The position numbers and the translations under genes are program-made. The notes beneath the pieces were generated by a model. The model saw nothing but the letters and a program-made list of their open reading frames with translations. It was not told the DNA's origin and did no database searches. DNA of 64,000 bases from an uncultured delta proteobacterium. GTDB taxonomy: Bacteria; Desulfobacterota; BSN033; UBA1163. The DNA is taken from the NCBI GenBank assembly GCA_963711845.1, contig CAVQFR010000041.1, forward strand, positions 21,182 to 85,181, written 5' to 3'. This document shows positions 36,701 to 47,476 of this stretch, in pieces (positions within the stretch are counted from its first letter, which is position 1; every line of letters starts with the position of its first letter).

Positions 36701-37051
36701 AAAGTATAACCTAATGGATTCTCTTTTTAAAGTCAATCCTTTCGACAGACAAAACATGACAGACAAAACTGCTGTCTTCCTCAGGGTTGATTTCACAAAT
36801 ACCGTCATTTCTCAAAGAAAATACATATTTTATCCCATTATCTACTGAAGGTTTTGAAATATTCTAATAATGTTGATTTTCTCTTAATACCAATTATATC
36901 ATGGAGGTGCATCCACGAAGTCATCCATTCCCACGAGAGGGAGAAAATCGCAGCGCAGAGGGTAAGAAATGAAGAGAAAATTAAAAGAGGATGCAAGCAA
37001 GACTAACGTGTCGTCCATTTTATTGACTGCCAAAGGGAGGATATTCTAGAT

Positions 37052-38482
37052 ATGAAAGAGTCAAACTACGAAACAGAGGTTCTCGTCCTTGGTGCAGGGC
37101 CCGGAGGCTATTCGGCTGCGTTCCGGGCAGCGGATCTGGGGATGGAAGTTACCCTGGTAGATATGGAGAAACGGCCGGGGGGTGAGTGCCTGTTTCGGGG
37201 ATGCATTCCCTCCAAAACGCTCCTTTATCTGGCCGAGCTTTTGTTCGATGCCCAACGCTCGGGAGAGATGGGCGTAAAATTCGATAAACCCCAGATCGAT
37301 CTCGATCGAATACGGGCGTGGAAAGACCAGGTGGTCGACAAACTGACCGGTGGACTACTTACCTTGAGTAAACGACGCAAGGTTCAATTGGTGCAGGGAA
37401 GAGCTATCTTCGACGGGTCGGATCGGGTACGATTGGAGAACTCGGAGGTAAGCCAGATCCGGTTTCGTCATGCCATCATCGCGACTGGATCTTACACAAC
37501 TCCTTTTCCCGACATTCCCTTCGTGAAAGGAAGTCGTATCATGGATTCGGCGGGTGCACTGGAATTACCCGAGATCCCCCGGTCACTGCTCGTCCTGGGC
37601 GGCGGTTATATTGGTCTGGAGATGGGTACGGTTTACGCGGCCTTGGGAAGTCGGGTCACCGTGGCGGTCCATGGCGATAGACTGCTAAGAGGTGCAGATG
37701 AGGATCTGACGAATGTATTGCTTTTCAGACTCAAGGAGGTTTTTGAAGCCATTCATTACAATACCAGGGTCATATCCCTTAAAGAACGGAGCGAAGGAGT
37801 AGATGTCAAATTTGAGGGGGAGGTGAATAAGGCTGAACAAACCTTCGATCGAGTCCTCGTGGCGATCGGCCGAAAGCCTAATTCGGGGAAGATCGGCCTG
37901 GAGAAAACCGGAGTGAAAGTGGACGAGCAGGGTTTTGTGGTCGTGGATGAACAGCGCCGCACCACCGATGGCAACATCTTTGCCATTGGTGACGTAGCGG
38001 GAGAGCCTCTGCTCGCTCACAAAGCCTTTCGGGAAGGGAAGGTAGCAGCAGAAGTGATCAAGGGGAAGCCGTCGGCCTTTGACGTTCAGGCCATTCCGGC
38101 AGTCGTTTATACAGACCCTCAAGTTGCCTGGGCGGGTTTAAGGGAGGAGCAGGCTCGGAAAGAGAACCGGAACATAAAGGTGGAACGATATCTATGGAAA
38201 TTTTCCAGTCGTGCGACAACCATGGGTGTCTCGGATGGGGTCACCAAAATGATCCTCAACCCTGAAACAGGTCGAATACTGGGAGTAGGAATTTGTGGTC
38301 GAAATGTAGAGGGGTTGATCTCAGAAGGCACCCTCGCAATCGAAATGGGAGCTGTTGCTCAAGACCTTGGGCTCACCATTCACCCTCACCCGACCCTTTC
38401 AGAAATGATGATGGAGACAGCGGAACTCTTCACAGGCACGGTCACGCATGTTTTGCCGGAAAAGCATTTGACATCGGATTGA
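37052..38482 (+). CDS. lpdA: Dihydrolipoyl dehydrogenase
   Basis: FAD motif GAGPGGY, redox-active GGECLFRGCIPSK, NAD site GGGYIGLE, and the C-terminal HPHPTLSE interface motif. Confidence 0.9.
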   Translation: MKESNYETEVLVLGAGPGGYSAAFRAADLGMEVTLVDMEKRPGGECLFRGCIPSKTLLYLAELLFDAQRSGEMGVKFDKPQIDLDRIRAWKDQVVDKLTGGLLTLSKRRKVQLVQGRAIFDGSDRVRLENSEVSQIRFRHAIIATGSYTTPFPDIPFVKGSRIMDSAGALELPEIPRSLLVLGGGYIGLEMGTVYAALGSRVTVAVHGDRLLRGADEDLTNVLLFRLKEVFEAIHYNTRVISLKERSEGVDVKFEGEVNKAEQTFDRVLVAIGRKPNSGKIGLEKTGVKVDEQGFVVVDEQRRTTDGNIFAIGDVAGEPLLAHKAFREGKVAAEVIKGKPSAFDVQAIPAVVYTDPQVAWAGLREEQARKENRNIKVERYLWKFSSRATTMGVSDGVTKMILNPETGRILGVGICGRNVEGLISEGTLAIEMGAVAQDLGLTIHPHPTLSEMMMETAELFTGTVTHVLPEKHLTSD

Positions 38483-38779
38483 AAGAGCGGGATGGATCTC
38501 TCCGTTTGATCAGCGGTGGAACCAGACCCTATCCGCACCCCGCTGAAGGAAAGTCCAATTTGGCCTGGGAAGGAAGACCCAATTCCAAATCCAAAGCTGC
38601 CCTCTCCATCCCTGTCTGTCCTCCGGAACCAGTCTTCTCAATGCGAGAAAATATTTTATTTTTTCTCCCTTTCGCATGGTTCGACCTCCGAATATCGAGG
38701 GTCTATCCGACATCTCTTTGAGCAGCGATCCAAGATGGTGAGAAGCGTCCGAGGGAGAAACCCCTTAGATCCTTTGGTT

Positions 38780-39052
38780 TCAAGAGATTTTCCTGTTGAA
38801 GTGAAGCCGTTTATCGAGAAGGGTACCCGAAATTCTTAATGTTTTTTCTCGTGAATGAAGGCCCTTGATGATTTCAATACAAGATGGGGAAGTTCCAAAT
38901 TCCTTAGCCAGGAAACGAATAAGAGTCTCATTTGCTTTTCCCTCAACAGGTGGAGCAGTCACCTTCACCTTTATCCCATCCCGATAGGGACCCACCACCT
39001 CATTTTTGGACGACTTGGGTTGAAGATAGACTTTCAAGATAACGTCTTCCAT
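38780..39052 (-). CDS. DUF167/YggU family protein
   Basis: 90 aa ...LKVYLQPKSSKNEVVG...VKVTAPPVEGKANETLIRFLAKEF.... Confidence 0.7.
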   Translation of the reverse strand: MEDVILKVYLQPKSSKNEVVGPYRDGIKVKVTAPPVEGKANETLIRFLAKEFGTSPSCIEIIKGLHSREKTLRISGTLLDKRLHFNRKIS

Positions 39053-39124
39053 TTCCTATCACCTATTCGATTTATTTCAGCACCCGGGGGAATAATGATA
39101 TAGTAGAAAATTGAGAACCTGAGA

Positions 39125-39235
39125 AAGAATGTTGGAATTATGGAATATTGGAATAGTGGGTTCTTGGTAAAGAATGGTCTTTCATTATTCCATTACCCCG
39201 GGTTTTTCCATCATTCCATTATTCCAATAAACGAG
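39125..39235. repeat. GGAATA-type heptad repeats (ggaattatggaatattggaatagtgg ... attccattattccaat)
   Basis: Related copies at 13910-13945 and 40010-40060. Confidence 0.55.
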
Positions 39236-40002
39236 AGTTGTCTGCCCGTCCGGCCTTCTTTTCGATACGAAAAGAAGAGATCGCCATGGCAGTGGGTACA
39301 AAGATTGATGCAGCAAATTTGCTCTTCCTCAATCCCTTCTCTCTTCATCTGACCGATATTGATCTGGGCGAGGTCCACCATCCACTTTCCAACTCCTCTT
39401 GAGGCTGAAAAAGGTTTCCATTCCTGCTGAAATACCTTTTCATCGATTTCATAACAGAAAGGCCCTATGGAGGGGCCTATGGCGATGAAGAGGTCTTTCG
39501 ATAGGCAGCCGAACTCTTCCTCCATCTTTCTCAAAGCCTTTGCTGTGATGCCGAGGGCGGTCCCTTGCCTTCCGGCATGGATCGCCGCAATCACTTTCTT
39601 CTTTTGGTCGGCAACGAAGATCGGAAGGCAATCTGCGGTGAGAATGCCCAGGAAGGTATTAGGAGAATTTGTGATTAGCGCATCAAATTCTAAGGGGGAG
39701 GGGAGGGGAGTGATTGGTTTTTTCAGAAGAAGGATCCGGTCCTGGTGTATTTGATCGAGGAGAATCAAGCGGGACGAATCAAAGCCAAAGGTTTCGGCGA
39801 TGTTCTTTTTATTCTTTGAGACAAATTCCTCCGGGTCGCCATTCTTGTCGCTCAGGTTGAGCGAATCATAGGGGGAAAGGCTCACGCCTCCCTGGCGGGT
39901 TAGAAAAGCATGGCGTATCCATGTGATTCTTGCGAACTCAGGATTTTCGAAATGGGGAAGGTTGTTCCTTATTTTCAGAGCAGATCGGTCAAGGGTGTTC
40001 AA
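39211..40002 (-). CDS. pgeF: Peptidoglycan editing factor PgeF (YfiH/DUF152 laccase-domain protein)
   Basis: DUF152 motifs (...LTADCLPIF..., ...HAGRQG..., CTHC). Lies downstream of rluD as in E. coli. Confidence 0.85.
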   Translation of the reverse strand: MNTLDRSALKIRNNLPHFENPEFARITWIRHAFLTRQGGVSLSPYDSLNLSDKNGDPEEFVSKNKKNIAETFGFDSSRLILLDQIHQDRILLLKKPITPLPSPLEFDALITNSPNTFLGILTADCLPIFVADQKKKVIAAIHAGRQGTALGITAKALRKMEEEFGCLSKDLFIAIGPSIGPFCYEIDEKVFQQEWKPFSASRGVGKWMVDLAQINIGQMKREGIEEEQICCINLCTHCHGDLFFSYRKEGRTGRQLSFIGIME

Positions 40003-40077
40003 TTTATTCTCCGGATGGAATAATGGAATCGTGGAATGCTGGGAAATTGGATAAGGGATACTGAAGGCTCATTTTTC

Positions 40078-41111
40078 TTATCCATGTTTGGCCTTTGACC
40101 GCAACCACCCCAGCACTTCGTTCATATCTTCAGGGATGGGGGAAACAAATTTCACCCTTTCTCCACTTCGAGGGTGGGTGAATTCCAATCGTCGGGCGTG
40201 AAGGGCCTGGCGATTCATTCTCTTCACACACTCTTTCAAAACAGGGTCATGGATCGCCCCGGGTCTCCCTTTTCTTCCGTAGAGAGGATCTCCCAAAACG
40301 GGATGACCAATGGAGGAGAGGTGCACCCGGATCTGATGGGTTCGGCCGGTCTGAGGAAAGATCTCAAGGAGAGTGCAGCACTCAAATTCCTCCACTTTCT
40401 TCCAGCGAGTGACGGCCGCCCTTCCTTTTCTCGTCCGGGTCGACATCCGCTTTCTCTCACTTGGGTGTCTTCCGATGGCCGAATCGATTAAGCCTTCGTT
40501 AGGGCCGAATCTTCCGTAGGCAACGGCAAATAGACCTTTTCCACGGTCCGGTTTCTAAACTGTTTGGTCAAATGATGAAAAGCTTCATCCTCTTTAGCGA
40601 CGACCATCACACCCGATGTGTCTTTGTCCAATCGGTGCACGATCCCTGGTCTTAAGACACCATTAATGCCGGCGAGATCTTTGCAATGGTAAAGAAGGGC
40701 ATTGACCAATGTGCCGGAGGGATTTCCATAAGCAGGATGGACAACCATTCCGGGAGGCTTGTCAATGACGATGAGGAACGGGTCCTCATACAGGACGGTC
40801 AGGGGAAGGGGTTCTGGTTGGAGAGAAAACGATTCAGGCTGGGGGAGGCTTCCTGAGATCCTATCACCCGCTTTTAGATGTGTACTGGGTTTGGTCGGTT
40901 TTTGATTTAAAAGGATGTGATGTTTCTGAATCAAAGTTTTTGCATGAGAACGGGAGAGATTGAGATCGGCTTCCGAGAGAAATTGGTCGAGGCGCCTTCC
41001 GTGATCCTTTTCCATGACTTGAATGGAGAAAGATAAGTTCCCCTCCCCCCTCTTTAGCAAAGGGGGGGTGGGGGGATTTTGGAATTTATTCTTTATGGAA
41101 TCTTGCATCAT
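40078..41111 (-). pseudogene. rluD: RluA-family 23S rRNA pseudouridine synthase (RluD-like) split by a frameshift between 40446 and 40490
   Basis: ORF 40488..41111 has the S4 and catalytic N-terminal part (...HRLDKDTSGVMVVAK...). ORF 40078..40446 has the C-terminal part (...CTLLEIFPQTGRTHQIRVH...). The two are in different frames. Confidence 0.7.
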
Positions 41112-42542
41112 TGCGGCTGGAGATATTTCAATGCCTTCTCAATTCCGGCAGCCAAAAGAGGGATTTCTTCATCGAAGACGGTTCTCATATCCAGAATCAA
41201 TTCCTCTTTGCTGATTCGAGAAATAATCGGGGGATCACTCTTCCGTAGATTTTCTTCAAGGCTGTTCACGGAAAAGTCGAGAGGTTTAATGGCAACGACC
41301 ATGGTTGGAAGTTCTTGAAGGGGAAGGGCTCCACCGCCCACCTGAGAGACATCTTCTTTCAAAGAGAACGTCATCCTTTCATTCGTCATCCTCGACAACC
41401 TTTTCAGCAACTGTTTTCCTCTCCTTTTTAGCTTCCTCGTATCCAAACTCAACATGCTAAGAACGGGAATCTCTTCCATGGCTCTCTTCTCGTCGAGGTA
41501 GAGAAGCAAGGTTGATTCAAGAGCGGCCAGGGTGAGTTTGTCGATGCGAAGGGCTCGGGTCAAGGGATTGATCTTGAAGAGGTCCAGAATTTTTTTCTTC
41601 CCCAGAATGATTCCCGCCTGTGGCCCTCCAAGGAGCTTATCGCCGCTAATGGTGACCGCATCCACACCGGTTTTGATGGTTTCTTGAACAGTAGGTTCTT
41701 TTTCTAATCCATATTGAGAGAGGTCCACGAGGCAGCCGCTTCCTAAATCATCCACGACAGGGAGCTGATGCTCCCTCCCCAGTTGGACCAGATCCTGCAG
41801 AGAGACTTCGGAAGTGAATCCCATCACTCTGAAATTACTGGTGTGAACCTTCAGAAGCAGAGCCGTGTGAGGGCCAATCGGCCTTTTGGTAATCGTTGAA
41901 GTGAGTACGATTGGTCGTCCCGACCTCCCTGAGCAAAGCCCCGCTTCGTTTCATGACATCGGGGATTCGAAAAGCTCCCCCGATTTCGACCAGTTCTCCT
42001 CTCGAAACGATCACCTCCTTGCCCTCTGCAAGCGTATTCAAGGCAAGTAAGACAGCCCCGGCATTATTGTTCACCACCAAGGCTGATTCTGCTCCTGACA
42101 GGCGGCAGAGAATCTCTTCCACATGGGTATAACGGTCTCCGCGTTCACCCCGATCCAGGTCATATTCTAAATTGGAATAGGTTTTGGAGACCTCCATCAG
42201 ATGTTTAATCGCAGAGGAATGGAGGGGAGCTCTTCCCAGATTGGTGTGGATGACCACCCCGGTCGCATTGATCACCCTGCGGAGGCGGGGCTGAATCTGA
42301 AGGTCGATCTCTTTCTGAAAAAGAGGATAGAGGTTCTCGAAAGAGAAGATGGCCTCTCCTCGTTGAGAGAGGTCTTGTTTGTGGAGGATGTCATCGCGCA
42401 GCCGTCCCAATCCCTTTCGGATGGCTTCGACCACGACATGGCGGGGATGGACCTTTAAGAGGTCAACGATCTCTGGCCTTGAGAGGAGTTCATCGACGCT
42501 GGGGATCTCACGGAGCACCTGTTGACGAAGGGATGGAGACAT
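41108..42542 (-). pseudogene. selA: L-seryl-tRNA(Sec) selenium transferase, split by a 1-nt frameshift near 41876
   Basis: N-part RVINATGVVIHTNLGRAPL...VVNNNAGAVLL...VSRGELVEIGGAFRIPDVM...VGTTNRTHFNDYQKA. The C-part continues ALLLKVHTSNFRVMGFTSEV...DDLGSGCLVDLSQYGL...GDKLLGGPQAGII only in another frame. Confidence 0.8.
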
Positions 42543-44284
42543 TGGGCTTCCTCCTCATCAGGAGTGTTTTAAAGATCTTAAAGAAGTTCATCCGAATGAA
42601 TCGAGTGGGCCACTCCAGTTCTTTTTTCTCACAGATCGTGGACATGCTGTAATGACGGAGGGAGTGACGTCCACTGGCGATGGACTCCAAGATGCCTTCT
42701 CTCTCACTGGCATCCGGAAGAGCCATGATCCGGTCGATCTCCTTCATCATCCGGACGGACCCTTCAAGCCTTCCCTCGACCGATTCTGCGGTCTTCGGGT
42801 CGATCAGACCGAATTGGGCCTTCAGCCGGTTGAGTCTTTTCCCGGCCTCATAGGTGCTGTAAACGATCTCATCCCGATTCATCCATTCCGTTTCATAGTT
42901 GAGGATATATTTCCAGCTGGGAGCCAATGAGGCCTGACGGTGTTCTTCCACTGTCCGACAAAGCAGGCGGTATCCGTATTTTTCCGGCGCTTCAAAGACA
43001 GCACTCCCGGGATCCAAGAAGGGGGCCAGGGGAGAGATAAAGGGAAAAAGTTTGTTGTAAGAGCGAAATCGCTCCAAGAGGGAGTGACAATAATCGACCG
43101 TTTCCAGGACGGAGGAATAGGTTTGTTTTGGAAGGCCGGTCATGAAGAACAGATCGATCCGTTTCGAGCCAAGATCGACGGCATCCTCGATCATCCTTTC
43201 CAGCGATTCATTGTTGTAAGGTCTTCCGAAAGCCCTCCGGACTTCTTCATCGTGAGACTCAGGAGAGATTTCGATATTGAAGTTGAGAATGGAGTCAGCA
43301 ATCCTTTTCAGTTGAGCCCTCGTGGGAGGAACAAAAAATTCAAAAGCGATATGGTTGCTGATCGGCCTTCTCTTCATCTCCTGAAGAAAGGTAAAGCCAT
43401 ATTCTTCCCCGGGTTGAAAGATATCGCCGATGATCATCACCGGGGCATGAAGGTGATCCGAGACATTGAAGATATCCTGCGCCAGTAATTTGGGGTTCCG
43501 ATAGGCGGGTTTCCTCCGGTTGGCCATCGTTCGAAAGGTCTGTGCCGAGCCTCCGCAGGTTTTGCAGGAATAGGTGCATCCCCGGCAGGTGAAGACGGCT
43601 GTCACAGGATAGGTGTACCAATCCACAAAAGGCTGGTACCCTGTGGGATCAACATACCTCACCACCTTCTTCATGATGTGACTGTAATCGATCGTAATCT
43701 CGTCAAGGTTCTCCGGTACATGGGTGAGGGGATTGACCTGAATTTCATTTTCCGCCCCTCGATAGGTGAGGTTAGGAATATTTTTGAGGTCTCCGCCCTT
43801 TTTGATGGTTTGAAGGAGTTGGACCAACGGTTTCTCTGTAGAATCTCCTCTCATCACAAAATCAATAAATGGATATTGACGGAGTATCTCTTCATGATAA
43901 TAAGTGGCAGAGAGCCCACCCAAGATGACAGGGATGCTGGGATGAAACCGTTTAATGATCTCTGCAAGGGCCAAAGTTCCCTGGACATGGGCCATCCAAT
44001 GGAGATCGATCCCGAAGGCTACGGGCTCTATTTTTCTGGATGAGCCGCTCCACGTCAAATTTCTCATCCTTCAGCATCTTCATGGCCACATTGATGATCC
44101 TGACATTGAGACCATGGCGCTCCAAGTATTCCGAGAGGCTGGCAAACCCAATGGGATACATTTCAAAGATGGGGGTGGAGGGAACGACGTCGCTGATCGG
44201 ACCATGAATCCCGGGCCGCTTTCTAAAGTCGTAAAGGGTAGGCGGATGCAAAAGGATGAGATCAATACTTGCCATCTTCATCAC
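42508..44284 (-). pseudogene. B12-binding radical SAM protein, split by a frameshift in an A-run near 44030
   Basis: N-terminal B12-binding domain ORF (43952..44284, DLILLHPP...). Radical SAM core ORF (42508..44067, CRGCTYSCKTCGG). The junction agaaaaatag implies a homopolymer indel. Confidence 0.7.
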
Positions 44285-45432
44285 TTTGGAGTGGTAGGGG
44301 TTTCTGTTGTCTGGGTTTTTGCCTTATAGGCTTCGACCGACTTTTTAATCTCGGGATCGTCCTTCATCTGTTCATGTAGTGAAATGACGCGATTCATAAA
44401 TTGGTTTTTACCCCGGAGCTGGTTCAGGGTTCGTTCAGCCTCTTCCTTGGCCTTTCGCAATTGTGTTCTTTCAGCCTCTGGCATCGCCTTAGAACTTAAT
44501 CGTTCGTTGTAACTTTTGAGGTTGTTCTCCAAAGAGAGTCTTGTTGCCGAATTGTAAAAGACCGGCTCATTGTTATAAAAGAGGAGGTCAAGTCTTCCTC
44601 CAAACATTCCTCGAGAAGCGGTCTGCAGAATAATGATGTTTTTGATGACTGGAGGATAGGGGAGATTGATCCCGGTATGGCCCCCCGAGATGACATTGAT
44701 TCCCTGGACCCTCTGAGCGATTTCGATATCCTTCGCATAGCCAAGATGGCTCAGGAGAATGATCAGATCGGTTTTGGGCTTAAGTTCTCTGACCATGGCC
44801 TGTGCGGTTTCGATGGGTGAACGAAAATTCAGTCCCTTCTTCCGGGGATCAGAAGGACTTGAAAAGAAATCGGGTGAGAGAAGGCTAAAGAGACCAACTC
44901 GAAGACCGTTGATTTCCTTAACGAGAGAAGTTTGAAAAAGAGTTTTGCCGGATGCCTCATCGAGAAGGTTGGAACAGAGGAATGGAAAGTTCGCCTTCTT
45001 CGAAATTTCCAATAGAAATTCCTTCCCTAAGGTTAAATCATCATCCCCAATTCCCATGGCATCGTAACCCATTAAATTGAAACTCTCGATGATGAGGTGG
45101 GCCTTTCCGGCCATGGCTGCGAACTCATTTTCCGGAATGGGATTAAGATATTTTTTGAAAAGGAGATCGCCCGCATCTAAAACGAGTATTTCCTTTTCAC
45201 TCTCCCGTAAGTCCTTCACCCATGCTCCTCTTCTGGCCAGACCGCCAGCTCGACTCTTCTCCCCTCAGGTCGGGCAGGGGTCAATCTCACCATTGATATT
45301 ATTGCTATAGACGAGGGTAAGTGTTTTAGGGGATTTTTGGGCAAGGGATGGGGATGCATTGAAGGACAAGAAAAATCCCAGAACCAAAACACCTACCCTA
45401 AACCATTTTCCATTCATCGCCGGTTTTTCCAT
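44281..45432 (-). CDS. Secreted metallophosphoesterase (5'-nucleotidase/UshA N-terminal family) with an in-frame TGA at 45265-45267: candidate selenoprotein (C-P-T-U)
   Basis: Signal peptide MEKPAMNGKWFRVGVLVLGFFLSFNASPSLA. Sequence ...LTLVYSNNINGEIDPCPT[TGA]GEKSRAGGLARRGAWVKDLRESEKEILVLDAGDLL.... Both sides are in the same frame and both match the nucleotidase N-terminus (GGLARR, LLDAGD). A hairpin ctggc-GGTCTG-gccag begins 16 nt 3' of the TGA. Confidence 0.55.
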
Positions 45433-45668
45433 AAAAATATTTATATCCCATCCATCCTTCGAAAACAAGTATCGGTCATTCGTCAGCGATAACCTCTGCC
45501 TCGATTCCCGCCGGACCCGGTCCTGGCCGAGGGCGGGAGGGCAGGCATGCCGGCGCCACGGATCATTTAAGATTGCTTCTCGTCCGCTGGGAGCATCGCA
45601 AGGATACCTCCGCCTGCTGAAAGGGAGGGGTGACGAATTGCGAGACCCGGGCTCGGTCACGGCATTTT

Positions 45669-46547
45669 CTACGTAATCCAGGGGTTGGGGACTGGTCTCT
45701 TGTAACCTTTTTGGGAGGCTAAAATATCCAGGTGGGGAGTGGCAAGATCCTCTAAAACCGGATCTGACTCCTGGAGGTTTCTGGTGTCGATGGTTTTAAT
45801 ATATTGCTGACACTTGTCACAGAGATCGATACGTTGGGTTTCCTCTCCCTCCCCATAAAAATAATGGAGAGATTCCTGATCTTTGCTTTCGCAGAAAGGA
45901 CAGAATATTCGGTCCGTTCTCCACTGGTAACCGCAATAGGAACAGAGGAGATACCGCTTTCCCACATCCTCCTTCAACAGACTTAAAGAGGGGAGAGACC
46001 CACATATCGGGCAATAGCCTTTCAGCCAGGTTTCAGGATCCAGTTCGCTGCGAATCTGTTCCACTCCTGCTTCAATCGAAGGCCTGATGCTGCTCTGAAT
46101 TAAAAATAAAAAGACATTTTTGTCCAGTCCAAGTTCTTCGGCAATCTCCTCCATCCGTTGCCCCTTTAATCCGTCCTTTAGTAATTTCTTCAACTCTATC
46201 CTTTTATCGTCGATAGCTTCTTTGATCCTTTTCAGCTGCCCAGCCAGATGGGGGTTTGCATCTTTCCCGACCTGACAAAGTGTTTCGAAGAGCTTGACGG
46301 ATGATTCAAGATCCAATGGGAAATCATCTTTCTGAATCAATGAGAACCCCTCTTTGGAGAGGAGTTTCTTCCATTCCTCCGCGAGTTGCACGGAATTAAT
46401 CTTCAAAGAGGCTTTTACCTTTTCTTGCGCTTCTTTGACGCTTTGGTAGAAATCAAGAATCTTTCCATAGCCGGGTCTTTTCTTTTTAATCTGCTGAATC
46501 CTCTCTCTTAACCTGCCCAATTCTTTCTCCCTTGTCCTTGTCAACAC
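45669..46547 (-). CDS. fdhE: Formate dehydrogenase accessory protein FdhE
   Basis: Four CxxC pairs (CPICGS...CSYCGYQW...CPFCES...CDKCQQY). Confidence 0.85.
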   Translation of the reverse strand: MLTRTREKELGRLRERIQQIKKKRPGYGKILDFYQSVKEAQEKVKASLKINSVQLAEEWKKLLSKEGFSLIQKDDFPLDLESSVKLFETLCQVGKDANPHLAGQLKRIKEAIDDKRIELKKLLKDGLKGQRMEEIAEELGLDKNVFLFLIQSSIRPSIEAGVEQIRSELDPETWLKGYCPICGSLPSLSLLKEDVGKRYLLCSYCGYQWRTDRIFCPFCESKDQESLHYFYGEGEETQRIDLCDKCQQYIKTIDTRNLQESDPVLEDLATPHLDILASQKGYKRPVPNPWIT

Positions 46548-46727
46548 ATTTTGAGATTGCTTCGTCGTGCCGCCAAAGCGGGACTCCTCGCAACGACCTG
46601 ATGGTTATCCGGATACATAGCAGTCATTGCGAGCGAAGCGAAGCAATCTGATCCCCATGTCAAAAAAACGGGCCTGTTCCGTGACTCCCGCTCGAAACAA
46701 GCCCTGGTTTCCCCCCTTTGATAGGGT

Positions 46728-47462
46728 TTACCCGATCATGTGTCGAAGGTCGCTCAAAGGTTGAAAGAGACGCTTGAGCGCCATCTTCCTCGTCATCCCG
46801 ATCGTGTTCTCCGCCACAGCGAATTTGTGATACTTTTTGGGATCGTCAACAAGCAGGTAGATCGCCCGGACATCATCGGGATTGGCAAGCGTCGCGTCTT
46901 TATAGACCTTCTTAACCTCTTCCAATCTTTTATTTGCCTTCTCGAGCATATCTTTCCGATCACCAAAATTCATCGTCCCCGTCGGGCAAGCCTTGACACA
47001 GGCAGGAAGCATCCCTTCTTTGACTCGGTCAAAACACATCGTGCATTTGGCCATGACCCCCATTCTCTCATCCCATCGAGGAATATCATAGGGACAAGAT
47101 TCTCGGATGGATTTAAGATCGGCCGGCTTCACTTTTATCTTTGGATTGAAGACCACTGCACCCGTGGCCTCATTCCTGGCAATGGCCTTGGATCCCAAGG
47201 ATTCGGCCGTGGACATGCAGGGCGGCTCCATACAGTGTCTGCACTGATCAGGGAAGAAGTACCATTTCGGGTCTCCCCCGGTCTCGATTTCACTGAATCT
47301 GACGAGCTTAAATGTGAAAAAGCTCAGGTCCGCAGGGTTCTGATGACTTCCGGTCTGGACGGTTTTTGTCCCTGGATTCTTATTCCACTGCTTGCAGGCG
47401 ATCTGGCATCCCCGGCAGGCTGTGCATTTGGTCGTATCGATGAAAAAAGATTTATCCGCCAT
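46728..47462 (-). CDS. fdhB: Formate dehydrogenase iron-sulfur (beta) subunit, 4x[4Fe-4S]
   Basis: 244 aa with four ferredoxin-type Cys clusters and no C-terminal membrane anchor. Immediately downstream of the catalytic subunit. Confidence 0.85.
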   Translation of the reverse strand: MADKSFFIDTTKCTACRGCQIACKQWNKNPGTKTVQTGSHQNPADLSFFTFKLVRFSEIETGGDPKWYFFPDQCRHCMEPPCMSTAESLGSKAIARNEATGAVVFNPKIKVKPADLKSIRESCPYDIPRWDERMGVMAKCTMCFDRVKEGMLPACVKACPTGTMNFGDRKDMLEKANKRLEEVKKVYKDATLANPDDVRAIYLLVDDPKKYHKFAVAENTIGMTRKMALKRLFQPLSDLRHMIG

Positions 47463-47476
47463 TTAAGTCACCTCCT

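Noticed and set aside
36731-36760. Promoter call for selC
   Set aside because: TTGACT is present but the best -10 candidates (TAGGTT or TATACT) have non-canonical spacing to the mature 5' end. Left as a remark rather than a feature.
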